Shown here: piece by piece, positions 24,840 to 36,701 of the stretch
Layout: each line of letters begins with the position of its first letter
How positions within the stretch are numbered: position 1 is the stretch's first letter
DNA from: Psammoneis japonica
Lineage: Eukaryota
Direction of reading: 5' to 3'
Length of the DNA stretch: 64,000 nt
Assembly (NCBI GenBank): GCA_008632985.1
Contig: QPGO01000001.1
Span: 466,404 to 530,403 of the forward strand
Position numbers and translations under genes: made by a program
The notes under the pieces: generated by a model
Told to the model about the DNA's origin: nothing
The model's database searches: none
What the model saw: only the letters and a program-made list of their open reading frames with translations

Positions 24840-26611
24840 TTCAGAGAGGGATCACAAGTGGAATCGTGGTGAAACTGAACCTTGGATTTCACCGTCTCGA
24901 TTGTCGCTTTGACACGGCTCCGCTCGTTGCTGTCGATCACTCCAAAACCGTTGGCAAAGAGAGATTCAAATGCGGCCTCCTCGAGGTGGGAATCATTGTT
25001 GTCTTGCAACAGAGAGGCGACCGACAGGTCACGCGGCGCCATGGTTGCTGTTCCAACACCAAAAAATCTGGTTTCTGTAGAAATGTGCCAGAGTGGTGTG
25101 TGGGAGAAGTTGCACACGCGCCTGGCACGATTTGGAGTTTTAAACACAAAAACCTGCCAGACGCGCACGCAACTTCTCCCAGGGAAATCCTGCATGAGAT
25201 TGTGCCGGGAAAGGGCAACACGGAGTGTAGAATGGATGGAAGAAAACATTGTGCGGAACAGCATCAGGAGAAAGGGTGCATGTGCTGGAAAACAACATGG
25301 ATTTCTACATGCGCATCAAGGTGCATGAAAAACACGTGGGTGCCTTCAAGTGACGCATGCGAACAATCACAAAGAAACATTCGGAAATGGAGATGGCATG
25401 GAGAGAAGTCAGAAACATGGATCCAAAACAAAGTGACACAACAGAAAAAAAAAACAACAACAAGAGACAAAGGCGACGGCGATGGGATCGATGAAAAAGA
25501 AGGATTCGGATGGAAAGACGCCGGAGATGGTGAAAACAGGCGGCACCAAGACAAGGAAGGAAGAGAAAAACAGGACGGGCAAAATGAAGAAAGACAAAAA
25601 GAAGCCGATGACACGACGTCAAGAGGGGAGCAGCAACACGATTCAGCATTTTGAGGGACCTGTTCCTCTCGATGATGTTCACCCAAATGCAAGAAATGCA
25701 GTGTGGCTGTTTTGGAACGGTGACAAGGAAACATCCAACACGGCAGCGGCACATTTGAAATTCTTACAAGAGAGTGGACAAGACATGTGGAATGAAGAGG
25801 GCGATGCAGATGACCAGGCAAATTGGAGCACAGTCATTGACTGAATGATTGGTGCACACTTTGCATGATGAAAATTTCATTGCACACAATTGCAGTGTTT
25901 GGCTTGTCGTTAAAGATCGTCAGTTGTTGTGAAAAAGGCAGAGCACAAAAATTAAAAAACATCTGTGTTCAAACATGAAGAACAGCAGGAGATTGATGAT
26001 CAACTAAATGACAAAAACCGTCATGTGCAGATGAGTAGATTTTACAATGCAGCAACACATTTTTGTCATGTGTGCAGACATTACGACATCGTGCACTCTG
26101 ATGCACAAGTGGGCTCACTGGTGTGGGGTGCATGTTTCCAAGATGTGCAAGGGAGCAGCTCAAATTGATGATCAGAGTGGTGGCAGTTGACTGTGGCAAG
26201 ACACCATTGACAAGGAGGTGCGCACATCCTGGGGAAGGTTTTCTCAAGATTGCAAATGATGGCTTGTTGCCCCTGGCATGACACCAACCTGTCATGTCAC
26301 CCAGGTTTTGATGGCAGACTGCAAGACTTCACAGGTGTGTGGCTTGGTTCATCGTCGGGCGGCACACAACAAAGACCTGCCAATTTCAACATTTGCACCA
26401 TCATTTCCATTGTGACACACATTCCGCCCACTTCACATTGTTGATTGTTGCCACTCACGCAGCTGCAAAGTTGAAAAAAGTCAAAAGCAACCATGCACCA
26501 TCATGGCAAGCTCACTCAAAATGTCTCCCTGTGCACATGGACATTTTCATTGCTGACTCAGAAGCACTCTTTGGGCAAGACAAAATGTGGGCCATCAAAT
26601 TTGTGAAATCA

Positions 26612-26846
26612 AGTGCTCTCAACTGACAATTGTTTGCACAACTGGAAGATTTTGTCAATGCATCAACTCACACAGACAAACAAATCTCATCACTTTCAAG
26701 ATCAACGGCTCTTTGTTTTGTGGCACAATTGTCACAATGAAAGTGGGAAATGAAGCACAGCCACTTTTTTTGTTCTTCTGCAGCAGGTCTCTTGCTGGCA
26801 TTTTGGAACAACCACAAGTGGGAGAGTGAAGACATTCTTGTTTCAC
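26612..26846. repeat. Dispersed repeat copy A (~235 bp); copy B at ~32866-33096, diverged copy at ~43140-43300
   Basis: ACAGACAAACAAATCTCATCACT...AATGAAAGTGGGAAATGAAGCACAGCCAC...GGGAGAGTGAAGACATTCTTGTTTC is near-identical in copies A and B. Confidence 0.85.
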
Positions 26847-27449
26847 ACTCAACAGTTTGATCATTGGCTGGCAAAATGGGAAAACTGCAGAGTTGGTTTT
26901 TTGATGTTCATGTTCATGTGCAGCCAAACATGTCCAGGACAACAGCATTGATTTGGGGACTTTTGGAAGTGAGTTGGTGGCCACAAGAAATTGCAAAGAC
27001 TCAGAGAATGTTCACAGTGCTCCAATCCCAGTGCCTCTGGGCATGTTTTGTCACAATTTCTTTGGCAGCACTTCTCACATGCACCTCAGCTGTAAAAGCA
27101 AAATGTTGAGTGTGCAACACAAGATGACAATGATGGCACAAAAAGCCATTTGAGATTCCCCACAACCCCACCAAGAAAAGTCAATTTCAAACATCAATGG
27201 TGCCACGGCCAAACCCATGTGGCCCACCACCAAACCCACAAGCACCAAATTGGTTGTCATTGGCAAAGAAGATCAGTCAGGCCAGCAGCACTGTTGAGGG
27301 TGAAGATGCTGTGGTGGTGTGTCAACGGGCCTGTTCCTGCTCAAAATGATGGTGGATTGTGTTGCAGAAAACAGTTGCAAGCTGTTCTCTTGAATGTGAG
27401 GTGGGTGGTTCTTGGTGCTGGCAAGTGCAGTTGTGCTTCACTCTTGCTG

Positions 27450-28900
27450 TCATGACAAGCACTTTGAGCCAACCAGCAATGAGCTCATGCTTTTGAGTGT
27501 GAAGGGCATCATTGGATGCTTTGTCAAATCCATGGAATCAAGCCACAAGAAGATTGGAAAAATGAAGAGAGACCTGATGCTGGAAGCTGCCCAGTGCAAT
27601 CTGGGGTGGAAGATGTGGCCAGCAAACTGCAGCTCCATGGCATTGATGGACAGTGGCAAAGTCAAATTGGCAGAATGCTCTGATGTGTAAAAGCACACAA
27701 GATGACAACACCAGCCATGGCTGGCTGAACAAAATCAGTTTGAGCATGTCAGCACTCTTGGCTTGTCCTTGTCCAAAGCACTGTCAGTCATGCTGGAGAA
27801 GCAAAATTCCAAAAGCACAATGATTGCATGTGGCTGCCATGTGTTGGGTCAATTGACATCCACTGGACTGTGCTCAAGAAATGACAGCCAAGTGTGGTGC
27901 ATGCATTGTGCCTGATTGGAGCAGCCACCACCGTTGCTTTGTCTTCTGTGCTCTTGAACGTTCTTGGTTGGCAGGTGGGCTGTCTTGTTGCACATCATCT
28001 CAAGTCAGAAACAGCCAGACAGCTTGTCTTTCTGCCCAGCCCTCACAATCTGTGCAATTCATGATGGACGAGTTGCTCTGGTGCTGGCTGAAACCACTCA
28101 AGACTTTCTGCCTGATCCACTCTCTAACACATCAAGAAGCCCATGTCCATCAAGTCACTTTGCATGCAAATGGGGAGGGTTCCAAGAGTTTTCAGTGCAC
28201 CCAGAGATTGGTGTTTTGGAGTCAGCCATCCAGTCCAAACACTCAACAACTGGGGTGATGCAAGAAAACAGTCATGTGTTGTGACAGTGCATGTGTCACC
28301 AACAGTCTCCCCCATGATGGATGGGTCCAAGCAGGGTGGGGGAGCACCTGTGGGTGAGCTCACCTGCCCTCCCAACCAACTTCAAATGCCTTCAGAGTCA
28401 TGTTGCTTTGCTGTTGGATGCACTCATGGACAAATTGTGCACTGTCTTGCTGCCTGACTTTGGTCAAGATGGTCATCTTCATCCTCTTGTCCTTTGAAAA
28501 ACTGCTGCATCTCTGATGCAATGCACTGTCTCTCCAACCATGCTGGAAGATCTGGGGCATTGCAACATTGTTGCTGATGAGCTGCACAAGAAAGCACAAA
28601 AATCTGATCTTGGAGATGCAAGCCATCTGGAAGTTGGCCCCACAGAAGTCCTTGTCAACTGGCTCAATGCAGCCAATGGGAACTTCTGCAATGGGCGAAA
28701 CATTTGACTTCCATCTCTGGTCAAGTCACAGAATTGACAGTCCAATCTTCTTTGCAAAAATCTGTGAGGAGCAGGTGGCCTCATGTGGAGTGCTGAAAAT
28801 GGCATTTGAACAGATCATTGAACTTGGTGAGAATTGCTGTTCTTGGCTGTGTCAAGCACAGATCATTGACGTCAAAGAAAAGATCACACAGACTTTGACC
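27450..28900 (+). pseudogene. Possible decayed copia-like pol fragment
   Basis: PDWSSHHRCFVFCALERSWLAGG and GRVALVL loosely resemble the copia integrase C-terminal region (PD.S.L..FG..VYVL / SVALVL). The block is depleted in both TpA and CpG. Confidence 0.25.
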
Positions 28901-28909
28901 AGAGCATTG

Positions 28910-29440
28910 ATGTGCACGGCAACAATGTCCAAGCATGATGGCAAAGGATCATCTGGCTCAGGCTTTTGAGCAAAGCCCCATTGCACTGGACTTGACAGGT
29001 GGGTTTTGATGCACAATCCCAGTCAGAGCTCAAAGCAAGGGCCCCTCTTGAGGCCCACCAAACTGGTCTGCGCTGTGAGGGCAAGGCGCATCTTGCCAAA
29101 TCTGAGAGCCACATGGTGGGGTCAAAGCAGTCTTCAAGACAATTTTTTTCTTTTCTGCACTGAAGACAACTGCACTTTTGCTTCGTTCGAGGTGAAAGAA
29201 GCAGCTCTGCTAGAGAGAATGGAGAGACAGAGCAAGAGAGAGATGGGATCCACAGCACAGCAGCCCAATTCGTCACATGAAACGATGAGGATGCTATGAG
29301 CTCGCTCAGACCAAGCCGCGCTTTTTTCCGAGGTTGCGAGCTCGCATCTCAAAACATACCGTAATACTGTACCAGGGAACCTGTAGCTTCTACTGAGGAC
29401 TGAGGCACGACCGAGCATCGCGTTCCAGTTCTCATTTCTC
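28910..29440 (+). repeat. Upstream module of the FG-GAP repeat unit (copy before gene 2)
   Basis: CATCTGGCTCA...GCACTGG...AGGTGGGTTTTGATGCACAA...TTTTCTGCACTGAAGACAACTGCACTTTTGCTTC...GAAACGATGAGG is shared with 36075-36660 and 61547-61950. Confidence 0.9.
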
Positions 29441-29485
29441 GTGCTATTATTTTATGTGCTGCATAAAAAAAAAAGAGCGATCATC

Positions 29486-31425
29486 ATGATGAATCGTCGC
29501 AGCAAGGCCTTGGAAGTGTTAGAGAAAAGATTTGGCCGTGGTGGGAAGGGAGGCCACGAAGAAAAAGAAGAAGTGCAAGAGGAATTGGAACAAATCCAAC
29601 AAGAACAAGCAACTTGTGCCGCAGCCAGCGCTTCTCACGCAGACGAAGAGAATCAAGAAGAAGCTGATGAAACAACTCCGGCATCTGCCTTGGCCGGCGC
29701 TTTTGCAGTGAGTCAACAAGGGATGGTCCGTCGTGGTCGTGTACCAGCAAGCGGCGACGACACTAGCATTACCATTTTGTCTGACTTGGGGACGGTACAA
29801 TCTGAACAAACGATGCTTCATCCGCCGCCTACACAGGATGATGGCACACTTGTTGTAGAAGCCCATTTAGCTGAAGCGGATGACAATATAGAAGATGTAC
29901 GAGAGCAAATGGCTACGCTCGAGCAAGAAAACATTCGTCTTCGAAGTGAAGTTCCGCTGGTTCAAGCTGAGCTAGCTCAAGGAAGTGCGAGAAATAAGGG
30001 CCGGCGTCGCAAATGCTGCATTGTTCTGGGAGTTACCGCAGTTCTCATCACTGTCGCAGTTGTAGTTGGAGTTTCTTTCACTGGAGGCAGTGGCACTTTT
30101 CCGCCGTCAACAAGCAATTCATCAACAGTTTCTCCAACGTTGCCGCCCACTGTTCATCCCACTGCTGCTGGTTCTCTAACGTCGTGGCCGATCACTGTTG
30201 CACCCACGCTGTCTCCCACTAGAAGTCCGATTGCAGTCATTCCTACCGATTGGAATCCCGTTGGTCAAGTCTTACATGGCAAAGCGGAAGAAGATTATTT
30301 TGGCAATTCGGTGTCCTTATCTCGTGATGGTAGTGTCATGGCTGTAGGAGCAGTGCAAGGTTCCAATCCCGGCTATGTTGTTGTGCAACGATACGATCCA
30401 AGTACCCAACAATGGAAACAGATTGGCCAAGAATTGGTTGGACAAGCCAGTGGTGACGAATTTGGCGAGTCTGTTTCGTTAAATGGTGACGGTACAATTC
30501 TTGCCATTGGAGCAGACGAAAATGACGGTGGCGGGGACAATGCCGGTCATGTTCGTGTTTTGAATACAACTCTGTATCGGATCGTTGGATCCAACTTGGT
30601 AGCGATATTCAAGGACAAGACCTAGGTGATGAATTTGGTTCTTCCGTGTCGCTCTCGGATGCAGGAGACATTCTTGCCGTGGGCGCGCCTTTCGATAACA
30701 CGGAAAATGACAATAATTCTGGATCCGTTCGATTTTTTCGATACGACCGTGGCACATCCTTCTGGAGCCAACTTGGACAAACACTCATTGGTGGAGCTAG
30801 AGGTGATAATTTTGGCGTTTCTGTTTCCTTGAGTCAATCGGGAACCATTGTTGGCATTGGAGCGCATAAAGGCGATTCCGCTGGAGACAATGCTGGTTAT
30901 GCGTCAGTGTTTGAATACAATGCTGCATCGTCAAGATGGGATCTGTTGGGCGATCCAATCGAAGGACAAGTCGAACATGGTAAGTTTGGACGTTTAGTTT
31001 CTCTTGGTGATAGCGGTTTGGTCATGGCTATGGTTGAATATGGAAGAGTTATGGTTTCTGCATACGACCGCTCGACGTCGACTTGGAATCAACGTGGTCA
31101 AATTCTAGTCACGCAACAGCCCGATGATGATTTCGGTTTCTCAGTGTCGTTGAGTGGTAATGGAGATGTGTTAGCTGTTGGAAGTCCTGGTAATGACGTT
31201 GATGGACTCCTCGATGCGGGTCAAGTCCGAAACTTCGAATACAACAGCAACACAACCAAATGGAATCAAGTGGGCGATCCATTGAGTGGCGACTCTGAAG
31301 ACGATCGTTTTGGGTCTTCCGTGTCCTTGTCGGCCGATGGAAGCATCGTTGGAGTTGGTGCATGGTCAACCAATGTCAATGGCGACGCTTCTGGATCCGT
31401 GTATGTATTTACATCGAACAATTAG
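29486..31425 (+). pseudogene. FG-GAP beta-propeller membrane protein, copy 2 (single frameshift)
   Basis: MMNRRSK starts at 29486. GTTCGTGTTTTGAATAC at ~30551-30567 lacks one base relative to copy 4 (GTTCGTGTGTTTGAATAC). The propeller continues in ORF 30646-31425. The lesion could be a consensus error. Confidence 0.85.
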
Positions 31426-31560
31426 ATGTGTTTTTGCATTTCATGATTTTGTCTCTTCATATGGTCGACCAATGCCAATGGCGATGCTTCGGGATCTGTG
31501 CATGTATTTAAAAATCGAATAATTAGATGTGTATTTGCATTTCATGATTTTGCCTCTTCA
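31361..31560 (+). repeat. ~100-bp tandem duplication of the end of gene copy 2 and its proximal 3' flank
   Basis: ATGGTC(A/G)ACCAATG...AATTAGATGTG...TTCATGATTTTG.CTCTTCA occurs twice in tandem. Confidence 0.85.
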
Positions 31561-31774
31561 GTTTATAATGATTTCTTCGATCGAGTAGAGTGCTCCTTCT
31601 TACTCCTGATGCATCATCATCAGCACTTGTCTTACAAAGCATGGCATGTGCTGTACTGCAATGTTTGGTGTTGTTCAATCCATCGCCACTTCTCTGCCAA
31701 TCAACTTGCCACTGCTCCAAATTCCATTGCTCTCATTTTTATGCCAACGGTGAAATGCGAAAGGAGCAGGCATT

Positions 31775-31990
31775 TGACTGAATGACTCTGACAACACTTG
31801 CAAAAATCCCAAAGGCCGAGGCAAGAATTTCCACCATGAAAATCTTGACAAACAGAATGGCGTCTTTTGCATCCACCACCCCAGACAATGTTGATCAGAC
31901 CGAAACAGAGACTGGCCAAAAACATGCCATGGACTGCTGCCCAGCAGTGTCTGGCCCAAACCCAATTTTCACCCAATCAATGAAAAGAAT
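31775..31990 (-). pseudogene. Relic of the V-ATPase c'' proteolipid fragment
   Basis: The DNA is alignable to 39115-39365 (ATTTGACTGAATGA...AAAATCTTGACAAACAG...GCCAAAAACATGCCATG). It translates to HGMFLASL and, in another frame, LFVKIFMVEILASAFGIF. Confidence 0.7.
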
Positions 31991-32084
31991 TGGAGAAAAG
32001 AACGGTTGGCTGTGCTTGCAGCAAGTGAGGCAATGAAGAAATGGGGGCAGTGCAAGAAAACTTGGGACAAACCCAACAAGCAAG

Positions 32085-32830
32085 AACAGCATCATGAACA
32101 AAAAGTGTCATGACAGAACACTCATCTCAATGCTGCCAGTGCTTCTTGCACACTTGCAGATGAAAAGAATGCTGGAAAAGCTGGCAAAATGATTCCAACA
32201 TGCACATTGACTTGCAGTTTTGCAGCAGCAAATTGACAAGAAGGGGTGGTCCACTGTGGTCGCAGACAAGTGAGTGGGGACAATGCCAGCATCATTGTGT
32301 CATCATGTCTGGCATGGGAGTGATGCAATCTGAGCCTGTGCCTCCACCAGGACAATGGTGGACAGATGGCAGTGCAGAACATGTGTGAGAACAAGTGGCT
32401 GTGTTTGGTTGGGAAAATGAGCACCATTGTGAAATGAAGGTCTGCTGGAGCAAGCTGAGCTTTCTTTTAAATGCATGAGAAAGCAGGGCGGTCATCAAAA
32501 GTTCTTTGTTTTTCTGGGAGCTCTGTTGAGAGTCACTGTGGCAGTTGCAGTGGTTTTTGGACTTTCTCTGTTGCAGGAACTGTGCCACTTTTCTGCCATC
32601 AAAAAGCAAGCCATCATTGCTGGTTGCACCAACTGCCAGTGCCACCCCCAAGAACACAGTTGCCTGCCACTGGCCTCTGCCCATGCAGTCTCCTGCTGTT
32701 GGAACTCCAGGGTTGCCACAAACTCTCTTTGCAGATGTGGGTGACCAGCAAGCAAGCCTTGTTGGATGGCAAAACTGCTGCTGATTTGTTTGGTGCTTCA
32801 GCACCCCAGTCATCAGCACCAAGTGGATGC
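32085..32830 (+). pseudogene. Degenerate 5' part of an FG-GAP gene copy
   Basis: Homologous segments include GAGAACAAGTGGCT, CAAGCTGAGC, GTCACTGTGGCAGTTGCAG and ATGGCAAAACTGCTGCTGATTTGTTTGG. TpA and CpG are erased. Confidence 0.75.
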
Positions 32831-32999
32831 CAGCATCAAATTGAAACATTGGCTGGACACAAGCCAGCTCTCAATTGACAGCTGTTTGCACAACTGAAAG
32901 ATTTTGTCAACGCGCTGGCTTGCACAGACAAACAAATCTCATCACTCTCAAGATCAGTGCCTCTTTGTGTTGTGACACAATTGTTGCAATGAAAGTGGG

Positions 33000-35248
33000 A
33001 AATGAAGCACAGCCACTTTTTTGATTCTTCTGCAGCAGGTCTCTTGCTGGCATTTTGGAACAACCACAAGTGGGAGAGTGAAGACATTCTTGTTTCGATG
33101 AGCATGTCGGGAACAAAACATCCATCCCACGTTCAACGCATCGGTCTTCGACAAAAAAGATCAAAGGCAGTTCCCAACAAATCTTTTGGATGAATTGAGT
33201 CATGCACCAAAGAACAATTTTGTCAATCCACAAATGATCGACCACAATGGGACATTCTGGCGAGTCATGCTGTCACCAAAAATCATCAGAAGAGATGGGG
33301 CCAAAAAATGGAAATCCACCATGGTGAAGGATGCAGTGAAAATGAAGCAACAGTGGCCCTCCTGACAAACCAAAAAATCTGCCACATTTTGTGTTGCCCC
33401 TGAAAAACACATTGGACAAACAAAATGCATCGTAAAATTGCTCAACGTTGGAAGAACAGTGACGCATCGAAGGTGAGCATCACACAGCATTGAAAACGTG
33501 ATCATCACAGAAGGCATCTTGGAAGAATGCTGAATGCTCAGCAGCCTTGCATGCTTTCACTGTGCTGTGGGGATCCCTCCCCTGATCAAAAAATGCAAGG
33601 TCATCATTGGGGATGGTCGACAGGTTGGGGCGGGGTGCCAGGAAAAATGCCATTCAAAGCAACAATGGTCCTGACGGCGAAGGATGGAAGTGATGCAGTG
33701 GGAGGCAACGAGACTCGGTTGCCCTCTTTCAGGGTTGCCCCACTTCCAAGCTCAGTGAGCAAATGGAACACAGCCTGGAGTGCTTCATTGTCGGAAGAAG
33801 ATCGATGTGTGGTCGTGGAATTCTCCGTGACGTGCGAATCTTGGTCACCCAACATTTTTCCAGTGGAGACTGTTGCACACTGATCAATTTTGCACACTTC
33901 CTCTGCACACCACATTGCGCCCTCCCCTGATCAGGAATCAAAGGATCATCATCAGCGATGGTGGACAGGTCTGGAGCACCATGAAAAGTGCTTTTACACA
34001 CGACAATGGTCCTGACAACAGAGGAAAGAGACGGAACAGCAGAAGGCAGTGAGACTCTGTGGCCCTCTTTCATAACTGCCCCACTCCCCATTGGTCTTGT
34101 TCGGACAATGGAAGGAACGGCGGCACCGCACATCCGAAATTAACGACGGCCGAACCAAAAATCCGAGTGCAAATCAACTTGACAACCAACAGAGTGCTGG
34201 CAGCATCCGCAAGCATCAGATGACAGCAGCGTGCAGGTGGCAAGCAGCTTGGGTGCAACCTTGGTGATGGAGGGCAGTCCATCCTGGAGGTGAACATGAC
34301 CATCTTTGTGTGGAACAATGGAGCGGCCAGAAACAAAAAACTTTTGGGTCTCAAGCAGGCAGGAGCGGACGTCGGCAGGAAGTGCCATCGATTCGGCAGG
34401 AAGTTCGAGGGATCCAGCATCAATGTCTGTAGATGGCTCACCCACTGGTTCCACAGTGGACACAGCAGACTTGACATTCAAGGAACTGTCATCCGCAGGG
34501 TCCATCTGAGAGTCCACAGCGAGCGCATCTTCAACACGAGATGCAACAGCAGTGTTGTAGCCACTGGTGGCAGAGGCGGGATCTGGGCACAACTTGGACT
34601 CAGCATGTGCATGAGAACTCAAAATGCTCTTCAATCCATTGGTCACAGCTTGCCCATGCTCATTTGGACCAGGTGAATGAGTTTCTAAGGCCTTCGCAAA
34701 GTCTTCAGGAGCAGGACCTGTGGTGGCAACCGGTGGGGATGCAGAACTTGAAGCAGCCAGTGGGTCTGGACACGGATCATCTGAGATGTCATCCCAGCAA
34801 TCACAGTGCCGAAAACCCAAAAACGAGGGCTGGGGTGGAAACGTAAAGTCCCAACATGTGCATTTGTGGTGTTGTCGTTCTCTGAGATTGCTTTGATCAC
34901 AATCTTCTGAAGAGTGCTGAGGTTCAGATGAACCAGGGAGTCTTGGGGGATGGCCACAAAGAGAGGGGCCTTTTCAATGATCGGTCCGATTCATGCAAGA
35001 TCTTTGGTCAGGGCAGCTTCAGGGATGATGAGATTCTGAATGATCTTGTGATGGAGGACAGTGACAGCATTGCTCTTGAGGCCTTGAGGAGCAAATCCAT
35101 CCAAAAGATCTTCAGGAGCAGGGATCTCGTCTGAACAAAGGGCATTCAGGAAAATGTGGGCATCGGGTGGGCGATCATGTGGGCTGAATTCAACCCGCAT
35201 CGTCTTGATCTTGGTCAAATCGATGGCGTTTTGATTTTTGTCTACCAT
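33000..35248 (-). pseudogene. Degenerate minus-strand ORF of an unidentified element, with an internal ~340-bp duplication
   Basis: Collinear frames 34991-35248, 34685-34957 and 34140-34820. The segment ACAATGGTCCTGAC...GAGACTC...GCCCTCTTTCA...TGCCCCACT is repeated at ~33662 and ~34003. Confidence 0.4.
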
Positions 35249-36074
35249 GGTTGCGTGGGAAAAAAATCAAATTCCTGCGTAGAACGCTGGTGTGTGTTCC
35301 ATGGTGGTCGTCCGATCACAAATCGAGAGGTGAAAAAACAGCTGTGACAATGATGACGATTTCAACGAAGATGGACAAATCACACAATGGGTGTTGCAAC
35401 AGAGGAGCACAGAGGAAGAGGAACAGCGTGCTGCTGCTCACAACCTCACAGACCAGTGGTGTCAGGACAATCTAACGGATGTCTAGGACAGACGACAATC
35501 GTGTGCTAGATGAGAAAGAAAGTGAGCAAAGGAGAGATCATCGGATCTCTCCATGCTGTCCATGCTGGTCTGTCCGACACAAGGGAGTGCACTCCCCATC
35601 TTGGATGTCTGTCAGAAAAGATCACAGACATTGACCAGAACATCAAGTTGCTCAATCAGCAAGCCATTTGACGAGGCCCAGCTGCAGGATGCAGGTGGGC
35701 TGCAGCATGCGACTGTTGTGTGCATGTTTGTGATCACATGTTGTTTGTGTGTCAATCGCACCACAGTCGTGGATGCGTACAAAGGACAGAACGATCACAC
35801 AGAGTTGATCGGATGTCGAGAATTGCAAATACGATCGATTGACGATGTTGACATCTTACGTGTCAATGGCAATCGTGTCCGGACAATCTGTTGTCACGAA
35901 CACATTCTCCGAAAGGCCTTTTGTCTGTAGAAGCAGTGCAGAAGCTTCAGGCCATTGAGAACTCGTTCGGAGAAACCAAAAATCACAGAGCAAAATTTAA
36001 TCTTATAATTTCCACTTTTCGCACACTGTTCTGCTTTTGTTTGCACTCGTTCTTCGAGCACAGTGCATGGCACT

Positions 36075-36660
36075 GGCGGCAATTTGGGGACAATGTGCAC
36101 ATGGCAAAACAATGTCAAAGCATGATGGCAAATGAACATCTGGCTCAAGCTCTTGAGCAGAGCCCCATTGCACTGGTCTTGGCAGGTGGGTTTTGATGCA
36201 CAAACCAAATTAGAGCTCAAAGCAAGGGCCTCTTCAGGTGCACCCAAACTGGTCTGCTGGTGCACTGTGCTGAGGGCAAGGTGCTTCTTGCCAAATCTGA
36301 GAGCCACACAGTCAAAGCAGCCTTCAAAACAATTTATTTCTTTTCTGCACTGAAGACAACTGCACTTTTGCTTCGTTCGAGGTGAAAGAAGCAGCTCTGA
36401 CAGAGAGTGGAGAGACAGAGATAGAGCAGAGCGAGCGAGAGAGAGACAGGATCCACAGCACAGCAGCCTAATTCGTCACATGAAACGATGAGGATGCTCT
36501 CTCTACTCTAGCAGCTAGCCCCAGGTAGAGAGCTACTGTAGCCAGTAGAGAGAGTACGAGCTCAGACCAGGCCGCTTGCGACATACCAGGAGACCTGTAG
36601 ATTCTACTGAGGCACGACCGAGCACCGCAATATCAGAAATTCGCATCGCGTTCTCATTTC
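36075..36660 (+). repeat. Upstream module of the FG-GAP repeat unit (copy before gene 3)
   Basis: Same module as 28910-29440. Confidence 0.9.
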
Positions 36661-36701
36661 TCGTGTACCGCATGTTTAGCATAAAAAATAGAGCAATCAT
36701 C

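Noticed and set aside
24596..25844. ORFs 24650-25654 (+) and neighbours as genes, including a chromodomain-like NTWVP
   Set aside because: The frames overlap and are low in information. The chromo-like match is a single short motif and needs a frameshift, which is too weak to call.
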